DNA from: Clostridia bacterium
GTDB taxonomy: Bacteria > Bacillota > Clostridia > Christensenellales > Borkfalkiaceae
Reading direction: 5' to 3'
Length of the DNA: 64,000 bases
Assembly (NCBI GenBank): GCA_017558105.1
Contig: JAFYWI010000002.1
Location: forward strand, 2,152 to 66,151
How positions within the stretch are numbered: the first letter of the stretch is position 1; the number at the start of each line of letters is the position of its first letter. The notes beneath the pieces were generated by a model. The model had not been told where the DNA came from. It saw nothing but the letters and a program-made list of their open reading frames with translations, and ran no database searches. A program made the position numbers and the translations under genes. This document shows positions 48,152-57,212 of the stretch, piece by piece.

Positions 48152-48576
48152 CAGAACATAAACCTTTAATAGTGGCATTTTGTTGCAACTGGTGTTCTTA
48201 CGCTGGTGCAGACCTTGCTGGAAATAACAGACTTAATTACCCTGCCGACGTAAAGATTATTAGAGTTCCTTGCTCTTGTAGGGTTAACCCAATGTTCGTT
48301 CTTCGTGCCTTCCAAAAAGGTGCTGACGGCGTTATTATTTGTGGTTGCCACCCAGGAGATTGCCACTACACTTCTGGTAACTACTACGCAAGACGTCGTA
48401 TGGCAATGCTATTTTCTATGTTAGATTACCTTGGCATTGAAAGAGAACGCACCCGTGTTGAGTGGGTTTCTGCTGCAGAAGGTGCTAAGTTTTCTGCTAC
48501 AATGAACGATTTTGTTGAAAAAGTTACTAAACTTGGCAAAAACAAAAGATTGGAGGATTTAAGATGCAAAAAATAA
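48142..48576 (+). CDS. mvhD: MvhD/FlxD-like iron-sulfur subunit
   Basis: 144 aa with IVAFCCNWCSYAGADLAG...VPCSCRV...GCHPGDCHY. Confidence 0.85.
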   Translation: MQITEHKPLIVAFCCNWCSYAGADLAGNNRLNYPADVKIIRVPCSCRVNPMFVLRAFQKGADGVIICGCHPGDCHYTSGNYYARRRMAMLFSMLDYLGIERERTRVEWVSAAEGAKFSATMNDFVEKVTKLGKNKRLEDLRCKK

Positions 48577-49547
48577 CGACTGATGCTTTAGTTCAAAAAG
48601 CCGTTGAACTACTTAATAACAATACGGTATCTTACGTTCTCGGTTGGAAAAAGGGTGAATTCGATTACGATATTACCCCTTACGTATTCAAAGATGAAAA
48701 AACCTTAAAAGAAGAATTTATTTATAGCGACTTTTGTGGTGTAAACCTTTCTAAATACTTAGTTGCTAAAACTAAAGAATTAGCTGGCAAAATTTTAGTT
48801 TTCTTAAAGCCTTGCGACACTTATAGCTTTAACCAACTTTTAACTGAACATAGGTTTAATAGAGAAAAAGTTTACGCAATAGGTATTCCTTGCGAAGGTA
48901 TGCTAGATATAGATAAAATTAAACTTAATTTAGAAGGTATTAGTTCTATTGTAGAAACAAAAGAAGGCGTTAAAGTTAACACTTTAGACGATAAAACTAT
49001 TGAACTAGAAAAACAAGCAATTTTATTAGAAAAATGTAAAAATTGCAAAAGCAAAAAACACTATGCTTACGATGAACTTTTGGGCGAAGAAGGCGACGTT
49101 TTAGATAACAACCGTTTCGATGAAGTTGCAAAGTTAGAAAGTATGACGGCAGAAGAACGTTTTGAATTTTGGCAAAGCCAACTTTCTAAATGTATTAGGT
49201 GCAACGCTTGTAGAGATGCTTGCCCTGCTTGTACTTGCGAAAAATGTGTTTTCGACAACCCTAATTCTGGCATAGAAAACAAATCACCTGCAAATAGTTT
49301 TGAAGAAAAACTATTCCATATTATTCGTGCTTTCCACGTTGCAGGTCGTTGTACCGATTGTGGCGAATGTTCACGTGCTTGCCCACAAAACATTCCACTA
49401 CACTTACTAAACAGAAAATTCATTAAAGACATAAACGAACACTACGGCGAATTCCAAGCAGGCTTAGAAGTTGGTCAAAGAGGCCCACTAGTTAGTTATA
49501 CTACGGAAGACGTTGAACCTTCGGACGTTTTTAATAAAGGAGAATAA
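48564..49547 (+). CDS. FlxC/HydB/AsrA-like 4Fe-4S polyferredoxin subunit
   Basis: 327 aa with CIRCNACRDACPACTC and CTDCGECSRACP. It overlaps mvhD by 13 nt. Confidence 0.65.
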   Translation: MQKITTDALVQKAVELLNNNTVSYVLGWKKGEFDYDITPYVFKDEKTLKEEFIYSDFCGVNLSKYLVAKTKELAGKILVFLKPCDTYSFNQLLTEHRFNREKVYAIGIPCEGMLDIDKIKLNLEGISSIVETKEGVKVNTLDDKTIELEKQAILLEKCKNCKSKKHYAYDELLGEEGDVLDNNRFDEVAKLESMTAEERFEFWQSQLSKCIRCNACRDACPACTCEKCVFDNPNSGIENKSPANSFEEKLFHIIRAFHVAGRCTDCGECSRACPQNIPLHLLNRKFIKDINEHYGEFQAGLEVGQRGPLVSYTTEDVEPSDVFNKGE

Positions 49548-49548
49548 A

Positions 49549-50577
49549 ATGCGTAAATGTTCTTTAAGTGCAATTAATTCTATTTTTGAAGAAATTGCTA
49601 AAAATACTATGCTTTTTTTACCCGTAGATAATAAAGACGGCAAAGCAGAATATAAAAAATGGCAAGAAGGCTTTCTTTTAAGCGAAAAACTTAACACCGT
49701 TAAAAGCCCTAAAGAATTTCTCTTTCCACAAACGGAAAATTTAATGGAATTTAAAACGAGTGGTAAAAACATTGAAATTATAGACACAAGAACTGCTAAA
49801 GAAGATTTTGTTGTGTTTGGCGTTCGTGCTTGCGATGCAAAGGCTTTTGATATTTTAGATAAAGTTTTCTTAACCGAACCAAGAGATAGTTATTACGCTT
49901 CTTGTCGTGAACACGGCACTATAATTACCTTAGCGTGCAATAAGCCTAGCGAAACTTGTTTCTGTTCTGCCTTCGGTATTGACCCTGCTAACCCTATGGG
50001 CGACGTTTCTGCTTGGAAAACCGAAAATGAAATGTTTTTTGAAGCAAATACCGAAAAAGGCGAAAAATTTATTGAATTAATTAAAAATTTAACGGAAAAA
50101 ACTGATAATAAAGAAGTTAAAAAACAAAAAGAAAAAATTTCTAATATAATGAAAAAACTTCCGTTGGCTAATTTAAGCACAGAAAAATTTGGTGGTGGCA
50201 AAACCAAAGAATTATTCGACGCACCAGAATGGGCAGAACTTTCTTCTACTTGTTTAGGTTGTGGAACTTGTACTTTCGTATGCCCTACCTGCCAATGCTA
50301 CGATATTAAAGATTTTAACACCGGCAAAGGCGTAATTCGTTTTAGGTGTTGGGATTCTTGTATGTATTCTAACTTTACACTTATGGCACACGGCAACAAC
50401 AGAAATTCTCAAAAAGAACGTTTCCGCCAACGTTTTATGCACAAGTTAGTTTACTTCCCAGAAAATAACGACGGAACTTTTGGTTGCGTTGGTTGTGGCA
50501 GGTGCTTATCTAGATGTCCTATTTCTATGAACATCGTTAAAGTAATGAAAAAATTAGGGGGAAAAACAAATGACTAA
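49549..50577 (+). CDS. FlxB/HydB/AsrA-like 4Fe-4S subunit
   Basis: ATG 49549 follows RBS aaaggaga. CLGCGTCTFVCPTCQCYD and CVGCGRCLSRCP are typical of the sulfhydrogenase-beta/AsrA family. Confidence 0.7.
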   Translation: MRKCSLSAINSIFEEIAKNTMLFLPVDNKDGKAEYKKWQEGFLLSEKLNTVKSPKEFLFPQTENLMEFKTSGKNIEIIDTRTAKEDFVVFGVRACDAKAFDILDKVFLTEPRDSYYASCREHGTIITLACNKPSETCFCSAFGIDPANPMGDVSAWKTENEMFFEANTEKGEKFIELIKNLTEKTDNKEVKKQKEKISNIMKKLPLANLSTEKFGGGKTKELFDAPEWAELSSTCLGCGTCTFVCPTCQCYDIKDFNTGKGVIRFRCWDSCMYSNFTLMAHGNNRNSQKERFRQRFMHKLVYFPENNDGTFGCVGCGRCLSRCPISMNIVKVMKKLGGKTND

Positions 50578-51400
50578 CGTAGATACTTTAATTCCTAAAG
50601 TTGGTGTTATTACCGACGTACGCATAGACACCCCAGATATTAAAACTTTTAGAGTTGTTACTCCTGATGGCAAAAAGGCTTTCGACCACAGACCTGGTCA
50701 ATGCGCTATGCTTTCTATTCCTGGTGTTGGCGAAGCAATGTTTTCTATAACTTCTTCACCTACTAATACGGAATATATGGAATTCTCTATTAAAAAATGT
50801 GGTTGTGTTACAGAGTGGTTGCACTCTGCAGAAGTAGGTCAACAAATTACTATAAGAGGGCCTTACGGCAAACCTTTCCCTGTAGACGACGAATTTGCAG
50901 GCAAAAACCTACTATTTATTGCAGGTGGCGTTGGGCTTGCTCCACTACGTTCTGTAATTAACTACTGCCGTCATTACCGCGATAGATATGGTAAAATAGA
51001 TATCGTTTACGGCTCTAGAAGTAAAGACGACTTGTTAGACTATAAAGAAATAATAGACGAATGGGCTACCGACGAAGGCATTAACGTTCACTTAACTATA
51101 GACAATGCTCAAGAAGGTTGGGACGGGCACGTTGGTTTCGTACCTAACTACGTTAAAGAACTTGGCTTTGATACAGATAAAACTGCCGTTCTTTGCGGGC
51201 CACCTATTATGATTAAATTTACCCTAGACGGGCTTTACGCGTTAGGGTTTGAAAAAACACAAATTTACACCACGTTAGAACTTCGTATGAAATGCGGTGT
51301 TGGTAAATGTGGCAGATGTAACGTAGGCGCAAAATACGTTTGCAAAGACGGACCTGTTTTCCGTTTTGACGAACTAAACGAACTACCTACAGAATATTAA
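50570..51400 (+). CDS. FlxA/HydG/AsrB/PyrK-like FAD + NAD(P)H-binding [2Fe-2S] oxidoreductase subunit
   Basis: 276 aa with RPGQCAML, MFSITSSP, LLFIAGGVGLAPLRS and a C-terminal CGVGKCGRCNVG cluster. Confidence 0.75.
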   Translation: MTNVDTLIPKVGVITDVRIDTPDIKTFRVVTPDGKKAFDHRPGQCAMLSIPGVGEAMFSITSSPTNTEYMEFSIKKCGCVTEWLHSAEVGQQITIRGPYGKPFPVDDEFAGKNLLFIAGGVGLAPLRSVINYCRHYRDRYGKIDIVYGSRSKDDLLDYKEIIDEWATDEGINVHLTIDNAQEGWDGHVGFVPNYVKELGFDTDKTAVLCGPPIMIKFTLDGLYALGFEKTQIYTTLELRMKCGVGKCGRCNVGAKYVCKDGPVFRFDELNELPTEY

Positions 51401-51412
51401 AAGGAGAGAACT

Positions 51413-52087
51413 ATGGAAAAAATGGTAAACGTTTTCCTTTTTGGAAAAAAGTATGAAGTTCCTGCAAGTCTTACTATTATGACTGCTATGGAATATGCTG
51501 GCTACCAACTTGTTAGGGGTTGTGGTTGCCGTAACGGCTTTTGTGGCGCTTGCGCTACCATATACCGTATTAAAGGTGATAAAGAATTAAAGGCTTGTCT
51601 TGCTTGCCAAACTCAAGTAGAAGACAATATGTACGTTGCTACCTTGCCTTTCTTCCCTTTAGTTAAACAAGTTTACGATATTGAAAAGGTTACACCTTCT
51701 CAACAAATTATGATGCAACTTTACCCAGAAATTTATGCTTGTATTGGTTGTAATGCTTGTACGAAAAGTTGTACTCAAGACCTTAACGTAATGCAATACA
51801 TTGCTTACGCACAAAGAGGTGACCACGAAAAATGCGCAGAAGAATCTTTCGACTGCGTTATGTGTGGCGTTTGTTCTTCAAGATGCCCTGCTGGGATTTC
51901 TCACCCACAAGTTGCAGAACTTTCTAGGCGTATTTACGGCAAGTATATTGCCCCAGAAACTCAACACTTATTAGATAGGGTTAAAGAAATTGAAGACGGC
52001 AAATACGTTGAACTTATTGAAACACTTATGAATAAGCCAATAGAAGAACTTAAAGAACTTTATAACAATAGAGAGATTGAAAAGTAA
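51413..52087 (+). CDS. SdhB/FrdB-like iron-sulfur subunit ([2Fe-2S] plus two CxxCxxCxxxC(P) clusters)
   Basis: 224 aa. CRNGFCGACATIY...C resembles the SdhB 2Fe-2S motif. CIGCNACTKSC and CVMCGVCSSRCP follow. Confidence 0.7.
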   Translation: MEKMVNVFLFGKKYEVPASLTIMTAMEYAGYQLVRGCGCRNGFCGACATIYRIKGDKELKACLACQTQVEDNMYVATLPFFPLVKQVYDIEKVTPSQQIMMQLYPEIYACIGCNACTKSCTQDLNVMQYIAYAQRGDHEKCAEESFDCVMCGVCSSRCPAGISHPQVAELSRRIYGKYIAPETQHLLDRVKEIEDGKYVELIETLMNKPIEELKELYNNREIEK

Positions 52088-52099
52088 GGGAGATTAATA

Positions 52100-53710
52100 A
52101 TGTATAAATATACTCAAGAACAACTAGATTCAATGAAAAAAGTTGAAGCGACTAGGCAAGAAAGGTTAAACAATCTTTTTGCTAGAATGAGCGCTGATGA
52201 AAAACAAAAAGTATTAAAAGAAAATCACCCAGACTATATTGATTCTGCTTACGAAGAATTAAAAGTAGGACCTAATAAGGGTGGCAAAGTTCTACACGAA
52301 CTTGCAGACCTTTTACAAGGTAGGTCAAGAGTTTTAGATATGGATTTAGACCTAACTAAACCAGATTACGACGTAGACGTTTTAGTTATTGGTGGTGGTG
52401 GCTCTGGTTCTTGCGCTGCTATTGAAGCAGATAACGCAGGCGCTAAGGTTATGATGGTTACTAAACTTCGTATCGGTGACGCTAACACTATGATGGCTGA
52501 AGGTGGTATTCAAGCGGCAGACAAACCTAACGACTCACCTGCTATTCACTACCTAGATGCTTTTGGTGGTGGCCACTTCGCAGCTAAGCCAGAACTATTA
52601 TATAAACTTGTTAACGACGCTCCAGATTGTATTAAATGGCTAAACGAACTTGGCGTTATGTTCGATAAAGACAAAGACGGCACTATGATTACTACCCACG
52701 GTGGTGGTACTTCAAGAAAACGTATGCACGCTTGTAAAGACTATTCTGGTGCAGAAATTATGAGAACTTTACGTGATGAAGTTCTAAATAGGGGTATTCC
52801 TGTTGTGGATTTTACTTCTGCTATTGAACTTATTAAAGACGTTGAAGGTAAAGTTGCAGGTGCAGTACTTCTTAATATGGAAACCAAAGAAATTAAAATT
52901 GCAAGGGCTAAAACGGTTGTTATTGCTACAGGTGGTGCTGGCAGACTTCATTACCAAGGCTTCCCTACTTCTAACCACTACGGCGCAACGGCAGACGGCT
53001 TGGTTTTAGGTTATAGGGCTGGTGCTAAACTTCTTTATGCCGATACGCTTCAATATCACCCAACCGGTGTTGCAGAACCTACACAAATTTTTGGTGCACT
53101 AGTTACCGAAAAAGTTCGTTCACTTGGCGCTCAATTAGTTAATAAAGATGGTGAAGCGTTCGTTTATTCTTTAGAAACGCGTGACGTTACTGCTTCTTCT
53201 ATTATTAGAGAATGCAGACAAAGAGATAACGGCATTAAAACTACCGATGGCGAAGGCGTATGGCTAGATACACCTATGATTGAAATGATTGGTGGTGAAG
53301 GCACTATTGAAAAACGTATTCCTGCAATGCTACGTATGTTTGGTAAATACGGCATTGATATTAGAAAAGAACCTATTTTAGTTTACCCTACCCTACACTA
53401 CCAAAACGGTGGTTTAGATATTTCTGCAGACGGTATGACTACCAACGTTCCTAACCTATTCGTTGCTGGCGAAGCCGTTGGGGGAATTCACGGCAGAAAT
53501 AGGCTAATGGGCAACTCTTTATTAGATATTATAGTTTTCGGTAGAAACGCTGGTAAGAGTGTTGGTAAAGTTTATAAAAACGTTGAACTAAAAGAATTAA
53601 CTTTAGACCACGTTAAAGCCTTTGATAAAGAACTTAAAGATGCTGGCTTAAACCCAACTAAACTTTCACCACAATTATTACCTAACTACACCATACAAAA
53701 AGATATTTAA
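52100..53710 (+). CDS. Fumarate reductase / succinate dehydrogenase / L-aspartate-oxidase-family flavoprotein (soluble, FrdA-like)
   Basis: 536 aa with DVLVIGGGGSGS, MMAEGG, LQYHPTG, ETRD, LHYQNGG and HGRNRLMGNSLLD. These are the family's FAD and dicarboxylate-site motifs. Confidence 0.8.
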   Translation: MYKYTQEQLDSMKKVEATRQERLNNLFARMSADEKQKVLKENHPDYIDSAYEELKVGPNKGGKVLHELADLLQGRSRVLDMDLDLTKPDYDVDVLVIGGGGSGSCAAIEADNAGAKVMMVTKLRIGDANTMMAEGGIQAADKPNDSPAIHYLDAFGGGHFAAKPELLYKLVNDAPDCIKWLNELGVMFDKDKDGTMITTHGGGTSRKRMHACKDYSGAEIMRTLRDEVLNRGIPVVDFTSAIELIKDVEGKVAGAVLLNMETKEIKIARAKTVVIATGGAGRLHYQGFPTSNHYGATADGLVLGYRAGAKLLYADTLQYHPTGVAEPTQIFGALVTEKVRSLGAQLVNKDGEAFVYSLETRDVTASSIIRECRQRDNGIKTTDGEGVWLDTPMIEMIGGEGTIEKRIPAMLRMFGKYGIDIRKEPILVYPTLHYQNGGLDISADGMTTNVPNLFVAGEAVGGIHGRNRLMGNSLLDIIVFGRNAGKSVGKVYKNVELKELTLDHVKAFDKELKDAGLNPTKLSPQLLPNYTIQKDI

Positions 53711-53718
53711 TTTATTTC

Positions 53719-53751
53719 CTTAACGGCAGAATACCTTTTGCCGTTAAGTTT
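53719..53751 (+). terminator. Weak terminator after the nine-gene operon
   Basis: cttaacggca-N10-tgccgttaag followed by only ttt. Confidence 0.4.
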
Positions 53752-53799
53752 AATAATATATGATAACGGGCTTAATGAAATAAATTTTTAGGAGACATT

Positions 53800-55227
53800 A
53801 TGGAAAATTCAAAAAAGAAAAGCCTTAAATGGCTTTGGATTACAATTGCCTTAGTTGTAGTTGCCGGCATTGCAATTTGGTGTGGTGTTGCATCTACTTG
53901 GGGTAAAGACATAAAAGATAAATGGGGCGAATTTGAAAAAACACAATATGGCATTGGAAATATTTTAAGTATTTCAAGTTTTTTAATAACTTTGTTTGTA
54001 ATAGTTGTTCTTGGCTATATGCTTGGTAGAATTACTATTAAAGGTGTTTCTTTAGGAACGGCTGGAGTATTCCTAGTTGCTATTCTTGTTGGTTTCTTAT
54101 GCACTTTAATTCCAGAAGATATTCCTGTTATTGGGTCACTTCACCTACAAGCAGAAATATTAGATAAGGTTAACAAAGAAGTAATTCAATCAGCGTCTAA
54201 AAATCTTCCTTACTTCAAAAGTGTTTTACAAAACGTTGGTTTAGTTCTATTCGTTGGTTCTGTTGGTTTTATTGCAGGCCCTAAATTCTTTAGAGATTTA
54301 GCAAAGAACTTTAAAACCTATATATTTATGGGCGTTATAATTATTCTTGCAGGTACGGTAGTTTCAGTTGCTTTTGCACTTATTCCTGGAATTGGATCAG
54401 ACTTTTCTGCAGGTGTTTTATCTGGTGCATTAACTTCTACCCCTGGTTATTCTGCAGCGTTAGAAGTTTCTAGTGCACAAGGTTTAGTAACGTTAGGGCA
54501 CGCTATTGCATATCCTTTCGGTGTTATAGGTGTTGTACTATTCGTTCAACTTATGCCTAAATTCTTAAAAGCAGATATGAACGTTGAAAGAAGCTTATTA
54601 AAACCAGAAGTTATGGCTTCTACCGAAAAGAAGGAAGAAAAGAAATTATTTAAATGCGACGACTTTGGTTTAATGCCTTTAGCATTAGCAATAGTTTGTG
54701 GACTACTTATTGGAGCAATTAAAATTCCACTAACAGGGGCTGGTTATAATGGTGCTTGCTTCTCTTTAGGAACTACTGGTGGCGTTTTAATTATGTGCTT
54801 AGTATTTGGTCACTTTGGTAGAATTGGTAAACTTTCTTTAGAAGTACCTCAACACTCTGCAAAAGTTTTACGTGAATTAGGTTTAATGCTATTCTTAATT
54901 GGCGCTGGTGTAGACGGTGGCGTTTCACTTGTTACCGAAGTTGCTAATGCAGGTGGCGGTATGATAGTTGTTTGGGGGCTTTTAGGTGGCGCTGTAATGA
55001 CGTTAACCCCTATGATAGTTGGTTTCTTCGTAGGTGGCAAAATGTTAAAACTTCCACTACTTAACAACCTTGGCTCTATTACCGGTGGTATGACTTCTAC
55101 CCCAGCATTAGGAACACTTATCTCTACTGCTGAAACAGAAGACGTTGCAAGTGCTTATGCTTCAACTTACCCTATTGCGTTAGTTTTAATAGTTCTTGCT
55201 TGTAATTTAATGATAGGCTTAATTTAA
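53800..55227 (+). CDS. AAE-family (aspartate:alanine exchanger / YidE-YbjL-like) transporter
   Basis: 475 aa. Two homologous halves each carry G(R/H)I...SLG..GG.L motifs (GRITIKGVSLGTAGVFLVAILVG and GRIGKLSLEVP...). RBS is aggaga. Confidence 0.7.
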   Translation: MENSKKKSLKWLWITIALVVVAGIAIWCGVASTWGKDIKDKWGEFEKTQYGIGNILSISSFLITLFVIVVLGYMLGRITIKGVSLGTAGVFLVAILVGFLCTLIPEDIPVIGSLHLQAEILDKVNKEVIQSASKNLPYFKSVLQNVGLVLFVGSVGFIAGPKFFRDLAKNFKTYIFMGVIIILAGTVVSVAFALIPGIGSDFSAGVLSGALTSTPGYSAALEVSSAQGLVTLGHAIAYPFGVIGVVLFVQLMPKFLKADMNVERSLLKPEVMASTEKKEEKKLFKCDDFGLMPLALAIVCGLLIGAIKIPLTGAGYNGACFSLGTTGGVLIMCLVFGHFGRIGKLSLEVPQHSAKVLRELGLMLFLIGAGVDGGVSLVTEVANAGGGMIVVWGLLGGAVMTLTPMIVGFFVGGKMLKLPLLNNLGSITGGMTSTPALGTLISTAETEDVASAYASTYPIALVLIVLACNLMIGLI

Positions 55228-55250
55228 TTAGTAAATATCTTAACAATATT

Positions 55251-55288
55251 AAAAGGAGTATTAGTTTTTCTAATACTCCTTTATTTTT
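55251..55288. terminator. Bidirectional terminator
   Basis: ggagtattag-ttttt-ctaatactcc flanked by A and T runs. Confidence 0.75.
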
Positions 55289-55293
55289 AATTC

Positions 55294-56445
55294 TTAAAGT
55301 TCTAAATCTTTAAATAGTTTAGCAATTTTTTGTTTCTTTTCTTCGCTAACTTTTTTGTTTGCTTTTAGTTCAAAAGAAGCCTTTTCTCTTTTTTCTTTGT
55401 TTAACAAAGAAAACCAACGTCTTACAATAAAAAATGGATAAAGTATTTTCCATTTCCTTAAAACCGGGTATCTTATTTCCATAGTCTTAAATGGTGGAAA
55501 TATTCTTTGAAAGAAATATTTTAAACTTCCTTTTTTAAGTTTCTGTATGGTCGTTGAGTTTGTAGTATCTCCGTACATCCCAGAATAAAGGGCGAAATCT
55601 TTTAACGACAAAACTATATCATCGCCACCTTCATCAGCAAGTAAATATTTAGTGGTTTTTTCCAAAACGTCCGCAAACCTTTTTAGTCCTGCTTGGCTTA
55701 ATAAACTGTTTAATACATCTCTCTCTAAGTTGAATTTTTGCAGTATAATTAAAGTATCTATAAAAGGTCTTATACCACAACCACCACCCCTAACGTGTTT
55801 TGCAATATGTGCTATATGATAGAAGTAAAAGAATTCTTCTTTCATACTTTTTTCATAACTATCCGTTTGATATAAATAGTTCCAAACTTCATCTAGCACG
55901 TTTTTTATTTTTACATCTGTTTCTACCAATGCAAAATGAAGTTCAAAATGAATACCACTTTCAGAAACCATTTGAACGTCGTGGTCGCTTTGCCCATCTA
56001 CTTTATAAAGTAAACGTTCTTGCAAAAAAGAAATTGCATTGTTAACGTCGTTAGATTTTACTAAAATATCTATATCGCAACTGGTTCTTTGCCAAGTCGT
56101 AGAATAAAAATTACGAATAACGCTCCCTTTTAGCGGAATAAAAGGTATTTTTGCTTCTTCTAAAGTTTTGCAAATTTGTTGCAGTTCATAACGTTGTTGT
56201 TCATAACGATAAACTGCAACGTTTCTTTCATATAAGAAATGTTTTTTTGCGTTAGGGTTTTCTTCTAATAACCCGTTTTTTTCTAACGCGTTGCCAATTA
56301 AATGTGCAAGGTCGTGCCGTTTTGCAAGTGAAAATAGAGCAGGCAAAATTTCTGGAGTTATTAAGTTTTTTATTTCTTCCGTTAGTTCGGTTTTATTTAT
56401 TTCAAACCTAATTAGCGCGAAAAATATTTTTTCTAGTTGTTGCAT
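55294..56445 (-). CDS. Uncharacterised nucleotidyltransferase-family protein (capsule-locus type)
   Basis: 383 aa. PLKG...DIDILV is reminiscent of minimal nucleotidyltransferase folds. Assignment is tentative. Confidence 0.4.
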   Translation of the reverse strand: MQQLEKIFFALIRFEINKTELTEEIKNLITPEILPALFSLAKRHDLAHLIGNALEKNGLLEENPNAKKHFLYERNVAVYRYEQQRYELQQICKTLEEAKIPFIPLKGSVIRNFYSTTWQRTSCDIDILVKSNDVNNAISFLQERLLYKVDGQSDHDVQMVSESGIHFELHFALVETDVKIKNVLDEVWNYLYQTDSYEKSMKEEFFYFYHIAHIAKHVRGGGCGIRPFIDTLIILQKFNLERDVLNSLLSQAGLKRFADVLEKTTKYLLADEGGDDIVLSLKDFALYSGMYGDTTNSTTIQKLKKGSLKYFFQRIFPPFKTMEIRYPVLRKWKILYPFFIVRRWFSLLNKEKREKASFELKANKKVSEEKKQKIAKLFKDLEL

Positions 56446-56477
56446 TTTTGCCCCTTTTATATCTTAACATACTACCT

Positions 56478-57212
56478 TTATAGTAGCCCTTTATATTCCT
56501 TTTGAACCTTTTCGTAACTTTCTAAATTGCCAATATCGTAACGTTTACCCGGCATTACAAAAGCGTGAACGGTTGTTTTAGTGCATAGCCAAGCGATATA
56601 ACTACCTGGGGCATCTACACCACAACCTTCTTCTATGCCTTCTTTAACAAGTTTTGCATCTTCCTTAGTGTAATAATAAAATGGTGGGCAAGCCCAGTTA
56701 GATTTTGGCTCTTGTGGTTTTTCGGTTAAACGAATAATTTTATCCGTTTCGTCTACTTCTGCCACACCCGTTTTCTTTAATTTTTCTAAATTACCTTCGT
56801 AATAACGCATTATGCAAGAAGTGCCTTTTTCTTTTGCATACAATATAAACTTGGTTAGGCTAAAGTCTAACAAATTATCGCCTGCAACAACTAATATATC
56901 ATCATCTACGCCTAGTTTTTCTATGGCAAACTGAATATCTTTAACTGCACCAAGGCGTGTTTCGTTAGAAGTTGTGCCATCGTCTACAATAGTAATTTTT
57001 TTATTGCTTTCTTTCGCCCAATTAGAAAAAATTTGGGCAAATTTATGGTTAGAAACAACTATATATTCGTCTACCCAACCTAAACTATCTATATCGTCAA
57101 TAAGCCAATCTAAAATAGTTTTGTCTTGCACCTTTAATAGGGACTTTGGAAAGTTTTCTGTTAAAGGATATAGCCTAGTAGCATAGCCCGCCGCCAAAAT
57201 TAAACATTTCAT
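56478..57212 (-). CDS. Sugar-1-phosphate nucleotidyltransferase
   Basis: 244 aa with MKCLILAAGYATRLYPLT and VVAGDNL. It overlaps the kinase stop by 4 nt. Confidence 0.8.
   Translation of the reverse strand: MKCLILAAGYATRLYPLTENFPKSLLKVQDKTILDWLIDDIDSLGWVDEYIVVSNHKFAQIFSNWAKESNKKITIVDDGTTSNETRLGAVKDIQFAIEKLGVDDDILVVAGDNLLDFSLTKFILYAKEKGTSCIMRYYEGNLEKLKKTGVAEVDETDKIIRLTEKPQEPKSNWACPPFYYYTKEDAKLVKEGIEEGCGVDAPGSYIAWLCTKTTVHAFVMPGKRYDIGNLESYEKVQKEYKGLL

Noticed and set aside
53772-53954. 60-aa minus-strand ORF overlapping the AAE transporter start
   Set aside because: It is antisense to a gene with a strong RBS and has no signals of its own.
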